IMG/VR virus record: IMGVR_UViG_3300048694_001005
Location: 64,001 to 128,000 of that record
DNA length: 64,000 bases
Direction: 5' to 3' (one strand)
From: a virus
The position numbers were made by a program, and so were the translations under genes. A model generated the notes under the pieces. That model saw only the letters and a program-made list of their open reading frames with translations. It made no database searches and had not been told where the DNA came from. This document shows, one piece after another, positions 31,248 through 40,947 of this stretch (its first letter is position 1; the number at the start of each line of letters is the position of its first letter).

Positions 31248-34200
31248 ATGTTTAATGAGTCAGCTGGTGGCACAGAAAAACTAGATCATTTTAAGATAAC
31301 CAAATCTTTGCGTTTTAAAAGCGAGGGCGGTTCGTATTTGTTTAAGAATCTAACTACGCAAGCAGCTACCGGTGGATCTTTGGCCACTACATTCAATTTA
31401 ACTATTAGTGCTGATACAAACAACTATGTGCTGTATGATGCTGCTAAAACTGCCGGTTACGATGGTTATAGTCTTTGCACAGTAAATTTAACCATCAACA
31501 ATAATATTAAAGTTGGTTCCACCAGTGTTTACTTGCCAGCGTTAGATATACGCGGATTTCCAACTGGTTGCGCTATTACTGTTTTTGTAAACAGTGGTGC
31601 ATATATTGTTGGCGCGGGTGGTACAGGTGGTGTAGGTGGATATCAGGGAACACCGGGCACTAACGGAACGCCTGGTGGTGACGCTATTTGGACCAACGGT
31701 TATGTGACTATTAGCAATAATGGTACAGTAGCTGGCGGTGGCGGTGGTGGCGGTGGTGGCGGCGGTGATATTGGTTGCAGCGGTCCATACTCAGTCAGTG
31801 CATATACTACAGGTGGTAGCGGTGGCGGCGGTGCAGGGCTTGTTGCCGGCACAGCGGGCCAAGGTGCTTATCCTGGAAGCAATGGTACCCTAACAACTGG
31901 TGGACTTGGTTCTCCTGAAGGAACATATCAGTGTAACAACTATGGCGGCAACGGTGGTGATTTAGGTCAAGCAGGAACCAATGGCCAACAAAAATATGCA
32001 AGTGCGGGTTGGCCTCTGGGTGGTAGTGGCGCATATCTAGCAGGTTCTGGCGGTGCTGCTGGTAATTATGTAGTAGGCAGCAATTTTGTGACCTGGAGCG
32101 TAACTGGCACACGATTGGGAACAGCAGTAAGTGCAGCTAACAGTAAACGCTGGACCGTGAGCGTTTGGTGCAAGCGCAATAAAATGGGCACATCTGGTTT
32201 ATTACAAGCAGGCGACAATCCAAGTGCCTACTATGCAGGCGAAAATATATTTTTCGATGCAGACGATCACATTGATTGGGTAAACGTTGTTGGCGGTAAT
32301 CCAAACAGTTATTACTTTTGGGTCAGAACCAGCGCACAATTCAGAGACCCTAATGCTTGGTATCATATCGTAGCAGTTTGTGATATAACCAACGCCACCC
32401 AAGCAGAAAGATTAAAAATCTATGTAAATGGGCAGAGGCAAACTCTAGAATTTTACCCCGGATATGCAGGCTATGGTATCAATGCTGGCACAGTATCGCG
32501 TTGGGGCAATACTAGTTATAAACAAAATATAGGCAAAGGTTATGGCTATTATTTCAGCGGTAATCTAGCAGAGTTTCATTATGTTGATGGTGTTGCATTA
32601 ACACCCGCTTCGTTTGGGCGTACAGATTACAAGACTGGCGAATGGATCGCTAAAAAATACACCGGTGGCTATGGCACTTATGGTGTTTATTTACCCTTTA
32701 CTGATATTAGAACATATACAGATGGAAATTTATATCCTGTATCATTGGGATTTGATCAAAGACAAAAAATCACAAGATTGACCACGCCAGGTGCTACTAC
32801 GTTTGTGGTACCAAGTTACACAAGTAACATAACCATAGAGGCATGGGGCGCGGGCGGTGGCGGTGGTGCTGGGCGTGTAGGTTATGGCGGCGGCGGATTA
32901 GGACAGACTACTACTGTTTCAATCACTAGCCCACATCCTATAGGAACAGTAACATTGACTGCTGGTGGTGGATCAGGTGGCTCTCCTGTGTTCTCGGTTG
33001 GGTCGGGGGGCACAGCTTCGGGCGGAACAGTTAACACAAATGGTGACAGTGGTAGCGGCAATGCTGGCGCCACAGCACCCAGCGGCGGTGGCCCGGGAGG
33101 AGCAACCAGTCTCAATGGTGCACCAGGCTGGGCGCCCGGCGGTGGCGGTGCTGGCGGTTATGATTATGGAACCGGCGATGGCGGCGGCGGCGGCTCTGGT
33201 GCTTATGTCAGAAAAGTTTTTGCAGTAGGTGACTTGACGCCTGGACAAAATATTACAATTTTTGTTGGGAACGGCGGCGCGGGAGATCCTGCATATCCTA
33301 ATCAAGGAACATGGAGTGGCGGCCGCGGTGGCAACGGTATGGTACAGATTACAATAGATGGGAATAATTTGCCCATAAATTGGTATCCTGATGGGTCTTT
33401 AAGTTTATTATCTCCAGCCATTTACGAAAAAGATTTTGATAGCTTGAAAGACAGCCCATCCGCTTTTGGTAACAAAATACAACCAACTGGTAATTATTGT
33501 GTTTGGAATTCTGTTTACCCATCAACGTCTACAATAGCCGATGGCGGACTTTCTGTTGCAGCTGATGGAAATCGCACAGCAGTGGGAACAATGACGGTTA
33601 ACAAAGGCAAATGGTATTATGAAGTAAGAACTGGCGCAACTACAAATACCGGTTACCCAGTTTGGGGTATACATGATTTGTCCCACAATAAAAATGTGAC
33701 CGGCTATCCTGGTAGAGATGGGGTAACAGGTTGGGGCGTAAGTATTGGTCCATACACAGGCGATGGCTATACTAGGATTTATTTAAACGATAACGGTAAT
33801 TACTCTTTAACATATCTCACTTCCCCAGATCCTAGTGGGGTATGGAACACAAGTGACGTGATAATGATAGCTTTTGATGCTGACACAGGTAAATTTTGGG
33901 CTGGACGCAATGGTGTTTGGTACAATAATAGCAGTGGCAACCGAGGAGATCCAGCCGCAGGCACAAACCCGTTAACAACATACACGGTTAAGAGTTCTAG
34001 CGTGTTCGCACCAGGCGGCAGTGTTTATGATAGTACCATATCCTACGCCAATTTTGGTCAACAGTCATTCCGTGGTGCTTATGTATCAGGGTCAGGAAAT
34101 ACTTATACTGGATCCGGATTACCTCCTGCTGGATTTAAAGCTTGGACTAATGCCAATTTGCAATTGCCACAGATATACAAAGGCAACAAATATTTTGATG

Positions 34201-35237
34201 TGATAACTAGAACTGGAACAGGGACATCTGTGACAGTTACAGGGTTGGGATTCAAACCTGATCTGGTTTGGACTAAAATAAGAAACGATACCGGCAATCA
34301 TTATTTGGTTGATTCGGTTCGTGGTGTGAACAAATTATTGAGCACTAATGTAGTGACACAGGAAGTTACTGGAAATATTATAACAGGGTTTAGTAATGAC
34401 GGATATACTGTTGATGCAAGCCAAAATGCCACAGGAAAAACTTATGTTGACTGGGTGTGGCGAGCTGGGAATAACACTACTACAAATACAGCTGGACAAA
34501 ATAATGCTACTATTAGTTCTACATATTCGGCAAACACTCTAAGTAAATTTAGTATTGTAACGTATACTGGCAATGGACAAGCCGGCGCAACTATCGCTCA
34601 TGGTTTAGGGGTTAAGCCTGATTTTATAATCATAAAGAATAGAACTTCTGGCGCATTAATTACAGGGTCAGCGCAGTGGCCGGTATTCCATAAAGATCAA
34701 GGTGCGGTAAATGTTCCCTATTTAGAAGAAACAACTGCATATTATACAAGAGCTGGCAATTTCAATAACACCTTACCTACAAACCAAGTATTTTCGGTTG
34801 GTGGTACGGGTCAAACCGATTATCAAAATACTAATAAAAGTAATGACAACTATGTTGCTTATTGTTGGGCAGAAGTGCCGGGTTTTAGTAAATTTGGTAG
34901 TTACATAGGTAATGGCGGTACCGATGGCACATTTGTTTATTGTGGATTTAGGCCTGCTTTTATTTTAATGAAAGCAGTAGAGCAAACAAACTATTGGGCA
35001 ATTATTGACACAGCTCGTAACAGGTTTAATGTATCAAATTCTGAGCTGAATCCAAATAATCCAGTCCAGGAATTATCCGGTGATGGCAACACTTCAACGA
35101 ATGTTGACATTTTATCAAATGGATTTAAATTACGTGGCCTAGTATCAAATCCTAGTGGTATAAAACAGATATTTGCTGCTTTTGCAGAAGCGCCAGATAA
35201 GTATGCAAATGCATCAAAACCAAAACCTACCCAATAG
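31248..35237 (+). CDS. Mosaic receptor-binding protein: LamG/ConA-like + two Gly-rich domains + SPRY-like + C-terminal repeat domain
   Basis: SLRF, WTVSVWCKR, FRDPNAWYHIV, FSGNLAEFHYVDG (LamG-like); GKWYYEV, IAFDADTGKFW (SPRY-like); FKPDLVWTK, FSIVTYTGNG, CGFRPAFIL modules; polyglycine tracts. Confidence 0.7.
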   Translation: MFNESAGGTEKLDHFKITKSLRFKSEGGSYLFKNLTTQAATGGSLATTFNLTISADTNNYVLYDAAKTAGYDGYSLCTVNLTINNNIKVGSTSVYLPALDIRGFPTGCAITVFVNSGAYIVGAGGTGGVGGYQGTPGTNGTPGGDAIWTNGYVTISNNGTVAGGGGGGGGGGGDIGCSGPYSVSAYTTGGSGGGGAGLVAGTAGQGAYPGSNGTLTTGGLGSPEGTYQCNNYGGNGGDLGQAGTNGQQKYASAGWPLGGSGAYLAGSGGAAGNYVVGSNFVTWSVTGTRLGTAVSAANSKRWTVSVWCKRNKMGTSGLLQAGDNPSAYYAGENIFFDADDHIDWVNVVGGNPNSYYFWVRTSAQFRDPNAWYHIVAVCDITNATQAERLKIYVNGQRQTLEFYPGYAGYGINAGTVSRWGNTSYKQNIGKGYGYYFSGNLAEFHYVDGVALTPASFGRTDYKTGEWIAKKYTGGYGTYGVYLPFTDIRTYTDGNLYPVSLGFDQRQKITRLTTPGATTFVVPSYTSNITIEAWGAGGGGGAGRVGYGGGGLGQTTTVSITSPHPIGTVTLTAGGGSGGSPVFSVGSGGTASGGTVNTNGDSGSGNAGATAPSGGGPGGATSLNGAPGWAPGGGGAGGYDYGTGDGGGGGSGAYVRKVFAVGDLTPGQNITIFVGNGGAGDPAYPNQGTWSGGRGGNGMVQITIDGNNLPINWYPDGSLSLLSPAIYEKDFDSLKDSPSAFGNKIQPTGNYCVWNSVYPSTSTIADGGLSVAADGNRTAVGTMTVNKGKWYYEVRTGATTNTGYPVWGIHDLSHNKNVTGYPGRDGVTGWGVSIGPYTGDGYTRIYLNDNGNYSLTYLTSPDPSGVWNTSDVIMIAFDADTGKFWAGRNGVWYNNSSGNRGDPAAGTNPLTTYTVKSSSVFAPGGSVYDSTISYANFGQQSFRGAYVSGSGNTYTGSGLPPAGFKAWTNANLQLPQIYKGNKYFDVITRTGTGTSVTVTGLGFKPDLVWTKIRNDTGNHYLVDSVRGVNKLLSTNVVTQEVTGNIITGFSNDGYTVDASQNATGKTYVDWVWRAGNNTTTNTAGQNNATISSTYSANTLSKFSIVTYTGNGQAGATIAHGLGVKPDFIIIKNRTSGALITGSAQWPVFHKDQGAVNVPYLEETTAYYTRAGNFNNTLPTNQVFSVGGTGQTDYQNTNKSNDNYVAYCWAEVPGFSKFGSYIGNGGTDGTFVYCGFRPAFILMKAVEQTNYWAIIDTARNRFNVSNSELNPNNPVQELSGDGNTSTNVDILSNGFKLRGLVSNPSGIKQIFAAFAEAPDKYANASKPKPTQ

Positions 35238-35292
35238 TACAGGAATATTTGTATTCAACTATATAGTGAGCGGTATTTAATCCTGTGGTCAA

Positions 35293-35299
35293 ATAAATA
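35293..35299 (+). promoter_or_regulatory. Late promoter ATAAATA
   Basis: Intergenic before fibre gene 35317. Confidence 0.65.
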
Positions 35300-35316
35300 C
35301 TATATTAACAGGATTA

Positions 35317-37692
35317 GTGCTCATGAGTAGATTAAGTGTCAATATAGGTAATCAAAATAACGACGGTACTGGTGACGGTATAAGAGATGCTTTTGTCAAA
35401 GTAAACAGCAATTTTACCGAACTTTACAACGTCAATAACATGGGTGCTAGCCAACTTGCGGTTGATGCAGTTAGTGCAGCATTACAAACAGAAATAACAA
35501 ATAGACAGGCCGCAAGTGCCGTTATAGAATCACATGTAAACGCAGTAAGTGCGTCTCTTAATACTATTAGCGTAAACCAAGTCAGCACTGCAAATAAAAT
35601 AAGTGCAATACTTAATAGTAATACGACATTAAATGGTACTACATATGATTTCGCTCACGTAACGAACAGTACTAGCGTGGGATCAGGGACTGTTGTAATA
35701 GCCGGTGGTGCTGGTGTAGCTGGTAATATTTTTGCTGGCGCACTATATACAGACAACTACTATTTGGCCAATGGCGATCCATTTGGCGGTGGTGGCGGTG
35801 GTGGCAGCGGAGTTGTAGGTTCCGGAACTTCTGGACAATTCGCGTACTATCAAAATTCTGGTACGTCAGTCAAAGGTGCAGCAAACGTTGGCTACGATAC
35901 AAATAGATTAACTTTAAGCAGCGGCAACGCGGCAACGTCAACCAGCACAGGAGCATTAGTTATATCTGGCGGTGGTGGTGTTGGCATTGACGGAAATGTT
36001 TATATTGGCGGCAATTTAAATCTAAATGGACAAGATATAAGCGCGGCGGTAGCTTCTATCAATCAAGAAATTAGCGCCATTAGCAACCAAGTTAGCGTGA
36101 TTAGTCAAACACTTAGCGTAGTAAATGTTAACGTAGCAACGGAAACAAGTGCAAGAATTGCAACTAGTGCAGCTTTAGAAGCACACATAAACGCAGTAAG
36201 TGCGGCAGCTGGTGATACTAGTGCAATTAATGCAGCCGTAAATACCTTAAGCAATACTGTATCAGCATTTAATGATAAACTTCTTAGTGTAGGTATCGAA
36301 TTAAGTTCTAGGATTGATTCCGCAGTAGTAAAAATAAACACAGTTAGCAATGCGGTAAGTGTGGTAAGCAATGCCGTGAGTATTGTATCAGTGGCAGCAG
36401 CAAATGCAGTTAGTATAGCCAACGCAGCAAGTAATGCGGTATCGGTAGAAGTAGCAAACCGCCAATCAGCAAGTGCCGCATTACAGAGTGCTATTAATAC
36501 GGTAAGCAATGCAGTAAGCGTTGTTAGCAACGCAGTGAGTGTAGAAACTGCCAACAGAGTTAGCGCAGATTTGGCGCTCAGTGCAGCTATTACAAGTGTA
36601 TTTGCAACCAAAGCAAGTCCAACATTCACCGGCACTGTTACGTTATCAGATAATAATGCAAACACGGTTGTATATTTGAACAGCAGCAAAGCTATTACTA
36701 CAAGTAATTTGCTAACATTTACTGGTACGAATCTGGGCATTGGAACAGGACTCACTACTCCTGTTAACAAACTACACGTGAATGGTTCTATTTCGTTTGG
36801 TGGCACGGCGAATGTTCAAACTATAAGTTCTGATGGCAGTAATAACTTTGTATTAAACAGCTATGCGGCTCAAATCTTCCAAATTGCAAGTTCTGAAAAA
36901 TTACGTGTGGATACTAATGGCAATGTAGGTATAGGCACAAGCTCACCTACAGAACTATTGGCAGTATCTTCTTCAAATTCAAAACCTGCTAGGATTGCAT
37001 CAACCTCGGCCAGCAATAACAATAAGTTAATTTTGGAAACTTCTGGTGTTGGTTCCACTATGGGTGTATGGATAACTAATTCATATGGTAATACCAGCGT
37101 GTCATTTAATGAAACTGCTGGTGCTTTGGTATTTGCGACTGGTGGTAACAATACCGGTGGATCCGACACACCAACAGAACGTATGCGTATTATTTCTACT
37201 GGTAACGTAGGTATTGGCACCAGCTCTCCTGCATACACTTTAGATGTTTCTGGAACCGCGAGGTTCACTGGTAACTTGACGGCAAATAACTTTTCTGGCA
37301 GTGGCGTAACCGCAGTATATGCGGACTTAGCAGAAAATTACACAGCCGATGCTAACTACGAACCTGGTACTGTTTTACAGTTTGGTACGGAAACGGAAGT
37401 AACGGCCTGTGAAAACGATGAAACCAACAAGATAGTGGGAGTTGTTAGTAGACAGCCTGCTTATTTAATGAACTCAACACTAACAGCTTCATATGTCGTA
37501 CCTGTTGCGTTATTGGGACGTGTACCTTGCAAAGTTTTGGGTCCTATCAATAGGGGAGATCTGCTGGTGGGCACAACTGGCGGTAGAGCTCGTGCCGAAC
37601 GATCACCCAAACCCGGTAGTTTGATAGGCAAAGCACTGGAAGATTTTTATGGTACCGATGGTATGATAGAAATCATAGTTGGTTTGAAATAA
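35317..37692 (+). CDS. Fibre protein with Ser/Ala/Val-rich coiled coil and C-terminal ADLAE (peptidase G2/chaperone-like) domain; likely start 35323
   Basis: NIGNQNNDGTGDGIRDAFVKVNSNFTELY anchor; VSNAVS repeats; GNVGIGTSSP repeats; ADLAENY..EPGTV..PVALLGRVPCKV..GDLL..IGKALE C-terminus. Confidence 0.7.
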   Translation: MLMSRLSVNIGNQNNDGTGDGIRDAFVKVNSNFTELYNVNNMGASQLAVDAVSAALQTEITNRQAASAVIESHVNAVSASLNTISVNQVSTANKISAILNSNTTLNGTTYDFAHVTNSTSVGSGTVVIAGGAGVAGNIFAGALYTDNYYLANGDPFGGGGGGGSGVVGSGTSGQFAYYQNSGTSVKGAANVGYDTNRLTLSSGNAATSTSTGALVISGGGGVGIDGNVYIGGNLNLNGQDISAAVASINQEISAISNQVSVISQTLSVVNVNVATETSARIATSAALEAHINAVSAAAGDTSAINAAVNTLSNTVSAFNDKLLSVGIELSSRIDSAVVKINTVSNAVSVVSNAVSIVSVAAANAVSIANAASNAVSVEVANRQSASAALQSAINTVSNAVSVVSNAVSVETANRVSADLALSAAITSVFATKASPTFTGTVTLSDNNANTVVYLNSSKAITTSNLLTFTGTNLGIGTGLTTPVNKLHVNGSISFGGTANVQTISSDGSNNFVLNSYAAQIFQIASSEKLRVDTNGNVGIGTSSPTELLAVSSSNSKPARIASTSASNNNKLILETSGVGSTMGVWITNSYGNTSVSFNETAGALVFATGGNNTGGSDTPTERMRIISTGNVGIGTSSPAYTLDVSGTARFTGNLTANNFSGSGVTAVYADLAENYTADANYEPGTVLQFGTETEVTACENDETNKIVGVVSRQPAYLMNSTLTASYVVPVALLGRVPCKVLGPINRGDLLVGTTGGRARAERSPKPGSLIGKALEDFYGTDGMIEIIVGLK
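36040..36600 (+). repeat. Low-complexity VSNAVS(V) / E-x3-R coiled-coil repeats
   Basis: Repeated NTVSNAVSVVSNAVSV and VSVE(V/T)ANR..A units; almost only S, A, V, N, I, T. Confidence 0.8.
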
Positions 37693-37738
37693 TTCTCCTA
37701 CAATTTAAGCTGATAAGTAGTAGTATATTATTACTACT

Positions 37739-39841
37739 ATGGCAGACAAGATCAAAGAACCAAAACGCATAGACGATGTTGAAAAAAGCAAGTTAGACGT
37801 CGTTTATTGTATACCCTTAGAGCAGCGCGATGCTCAAATGCGTGAAAATATAGCAAGAATACGTCCACGCATACAACCAGGTCCCATCACGCATGAGCCC
37901 ATAGCTATAGTTGGTTTTGGTCCCAGCCTAAATGATACCTGGGAAGAAATTCGCAAGTTTAAATACATTTTCACTGGCAGCGGTAGCCATAAATTTTTGG
38001 TTGATCGCGATATCATACCAACCCATCATGCCGAAGTGGACCCACGCGAGCATAAAATTGATTTGATGGGCACACCACAAGTTGGTACAGAATATTTGAT
38101 AGCAAGTTGTTGCCATCCTAAATTACTGGACCACTTAGAGGGCTACAATACAAAGTTGTGGCACATACATTCCGGTGATAACGCACAAATGTTACCTACA
38201 GTATTTCCTCGTGGCGAATACATTTTAACTGGCGGTAGCAATGTGGGGTTACGCTCCATGGTACTTGCGCGTTTCCTTGGATTTGTAAACATGCATGTAT
38301 TTGGTATGGATTGTAGTATGAGTAATGAAGGTAAAAGTCATGCAGAATTCCATCCCAAAGGTAGCAAAGGATATTATTTAACAGATTATGAAGGCGTAGA
38401 GTACAAGGTTACACAGCCACTAGTGGAATACGCTAGACAGTTCTTTCATGAACTAAAACAAATGCCCGAAGTCAACATTACATTATATGGAAAAGGATTA
38501 CTTCAACATATGGCCGAGAAAAAACTTGAAAAACCAAATCAGCTTAAAAAGCCCAAGAAAGAAATAGCTTACATTAATCCCAAAGTGATTACTGAAGAAT
38601 ATTTAAAGTTGAACAAAACATTGCATGAGCAAAATCCCAATTATGGTGTAAGCGGCGCAAAACGTGCAGATGTAGTAATTAAACTATCAGAAAGCATGAA
38701 TACCAAAAATATATTGGATTACGGCTGCGGCAAAGGTATGTTAGCCAAGAAATTGCCGTTTCCAATATGGGAATATGATCCTGCTATACCGGGCAAAGAT
38801 GCAGCGCCGCGTCCCGCCGAACTTGTAATTTGTACAGATGTATTGGAACACATAGAGCCAGATTTGTTGGATAATGTGCTACAAGACATCGCTCGTTGCA
38901 CTCTACAAACTGCTTACGTTATCATAGCTACTTTCCCTGCACAAAAAACGCTACCAGATGGCAGAAACGCACATCTCATTCAACAAGGTGCTGATTGGTG
39001 GCGTGCTAGATTGGAAAAGTTCTTTGAAGTGGCTAAAATTATAGAAAGTAAAGACAAGGAACTGCATATAGTTCTTGCACCCAAGCTGCCAGAAAAGTCC
39101 ATGGTAAGTACAAAAACTGATCTAACAAAGGTTACTTTTAACAATACAGAATTAGTTTACGCCACACCAAATGATGCTACACGTTGGCGTGCTAATAGTA
39201 TGTTCACTAAAGAACCTATCACTATTGAATGGCTGCAAAAACTTACCGCCAACGATGTATTGTATGATGTAGGTGCAAATATAGGTATTTATAGCATTTT
39301 TGCTGCTAAAATCGCAGGAGCAAAAGTATATGCGTTTGAACCAGAATCACAAAATTACAGTATACTGAATCGTAACATTGTTTTAAATGGTGTGCAGGAT
39401 CTTGTAAATGCATATTGTATAGCACTGAGTGATGAAACTAAGATAACACAACTGCATCTCAGCAGCTTTGACTACGGCGGTAGTTGTCACAGTGTAGACG
39501 ACAAAGTTGATTTTAAACACGAACCCATGACGCCTAAATACAGCCAGGGTTGTGTTAGCAATAGAATTGATGCTTTGATAGCATTTGGATTGCCAGCACC
39601 CACGCATATCAAACTGGATGTAGATGGATTCGAACCTAAGGTCATTGCTGGCGGTCGTGGGGCATTACGTAATGTTCGAAGTTTGATAATTGAAATCAAT
39701 CAAAACCTCGAAGACCATCAGCAGCTAATCAAGTTCTTGGCTGACAATGGGTACAAATTTGACCCTGCTCAAGTCGCAGCCGCAGAAAGACAATCTGGTG
39801 CATTCAAAGGAGTAGCAGAATATGTTTTCACACGCGACTGA
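37739..39841 (+). CDS. Three-domain fusion: Maf/DUF115-like (glycosyltransferase-like) + class I SAM methyltransferase + FkbM-family methyltransferase
   Basis: IAIVGFGPSL..GGSNVG..LGF..MHVFGMDCS (Maf/DUF115-like); ILDYGCGKG..ICTDVLEHIEPD (SAM MTase); YDVGANIGIYS..YAFEPE..HIKLDVDGFE (FkbM). Confidence 0.75.
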   Translation: MADKIKEPKRIDDVEKSKLDVVYCIPLEQRDAQMRENIARIRPRIQPGPITHEPIAIVGFGPSLNDTWEEIRKFKYIFTGSGSHKFLVDRDIIPTHHAEVDPREHKIDLMGTPQVGTEYLIASCCHPKLLDHLEGYNTKLWHIHSGDNAQMLPTVFPRGEYILTGGSNVGLRSMVLARFLGFVNMHVFGMDCSMSNEGKSHAEFHPKGSKGYYLTDYEGVEYKVTQPLVEYARQFFHELKQMPEVNITLYGKGLLQHMAEKKLEKPNQLKKPKKEIAYINPKVITEEYLKLNKTLHEQNPNYGVSGAKRADVVIKLSESMNTKNILDYGCGKGMLAKKLPFPIWEYDPAIPGKDAAPRPAELVICTDVLEHIEPDLLDNVLQDIARCTLQTAYVIIATFPAQKTLPDGRNAHLIQQGADWWRARLEKFFEVAKIIESKDKELHIVLAPKLPEKSMVSTKTDLTKVTFNNTELVYATPNDATRWRANSMFTKEPITIEWLQKLTANDVLYDVGANIGIYSIFAAKIAGAKVYAFEPESQNYSILNRNIVLNGVQDLVNAYCIALSDETKITQLHLSSFDYGGSCHSVDDKVDFKHEPMTPKYSQGCVSNRIDALIAFGLPAPTHIKLDVDGFEPKVIAGGRGALRNVRSLIIEINQNLEDHQQLIKFLADNGYKFDPAQVAAAERQSGAFKGVAEYVFTRD

Positions 39842-40523
39842 ATATGTTAAGCATCGTTTTGTAGAATGTAACATAACTGAAACTCCGTATCCACACTTGC
39901 AGATAGATAATATTCTGCCGGCGGATTTGTATGAAGCAATGATGACCAACAAAATAGATGAACGCTACCTTGCCACACTAAAAGAACTAAAGCGTGTAGG
40001 TAGTGCGTATCCCGAAACCAGACGTGTTTTAAGTTTGAAACCTGACATGCCACAGTTGCCGGATAGTTACAAGGCTTTTTGGCAAGAATTAGCTGTTTGG
40101 TTTTTGACCGATTTTAAAAATATAGTACTGGGAAAATTTGATGCTCATATTCGCAGCAGGTTTGGGACGATTCCCATGCTATATCCTGAAGCACTTTATA
40201 CCTATGACAGCACAACTTATGCGTTAGGTCCACATACAGATAGCACAAAGAAAGTACTTACCTTATTGCTATATTTGCCTAAAGATGATACACTAAGTCA
40301 TTTGGGAACAAGTATGTATGAGCCCATTGATTCTAAATTTGTATGTGAAGGTGGGCCACATCACAAATTCCATAAATTTAGATTAGTAAAAACAGCACCC
40401 TTCAAACCTAATACGTTATTTGGTTTCTTTAAAACTAATAATAGTTTTCACGGCGTAGAACCCATCAAGGAAAGTATACGCAGAGATCTGTTAATTTACG
40501 ATATACAAACTGTTAAGACTTAA
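39822..40523 (+). CDS. 2OG-Fe(II) oxygenase (prolyl-hydroxylase-like)
   Basis: LGPHTD (HxD), LTLLLYL, PNTLFGF, SFHGVE (distal His), terminal RR; overlaps the upstream gene by 20 nt. Confidence 0.8.
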   Translation: MFSHATEYVKHRFVECNITETPYPHLQIDNILPADLYEAMMTNKIDERYLATLKELKRVGSAYPETRRVLSLKPDMPQLPDSYKAFWQELAVWFLTDFKNIVLGKFDAHIRSRFGTIPMLYPEALYTYDSTTYALGPHTDSTKKVLTLLLYLPKDDTLSHLGTSMYEPIDSKFVCEGGPHHKFHKFRLVKTAPFKPNTLFGFFKTNNSFHGVEPIKESIRRDLLIYDIQTVKT

Positions 40524-40938
40524 CTGCATTAATCACAGTTTGTATTTTTTGTTGTATCTCATCAATTTTAAAAGTGCCATATACGCCTGGATGCAATGGC
40601 TTGGGATAAGATTCTAAATCACACCAAGCATAACCCTTGTGCTCGTCATTTAGTGTGGGTATAAATTCATTATCTACTAGTATAAGATATGTGTTATAGG
40701 TAAATTGCTCATTTAAACTAGTAAAAAGATCAACGGGTATTATTTTAGCATTACTTAAATCTCTGCCGGTTTCTTCCCGGATCTCACGTAATAAAGCAGC
40801 GGCAGCGGTCTCCCCTAATTCAGTTTTGCCGCCTACTAGTCCCCACGTGTTAGTATAACCCACACCATTACGTAGAAGAAACAGGAACCTATTTGTCGAC
40901 TTTGCGTATATTAACGTACCTACTGCTTGAATTGACAC
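40513..40938 (-). CDS. Nudix hydrolase
   Basis: WGLVGGKTELGETAAAALLREIREETG Nudix box; GTG start. Confidence 0.9.
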   Translation of the reverse strand: MSIQAVGTLIYAKSTNRFLFLLRNGVGYTNTWGLVGGKTELGETAAAALLREIREETGRDLSNAKIIPVDLFTSLNEQFTYNTYLILVDNEFIPTLNDEHKGYAWCDLESYPKPLHPGVYGTFKIDEIQQKIQTVINAVKS

Positions 40939-40947
40939 TATGACACC

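Noticed and set aside
26787-37692. Diversity-generating retroelement or invertible tail-fibre cassette
   Set aside because: No reverse transcriptase or invertase, no near-identical template/variable repeat pair or inverted repeats noticed by eye.
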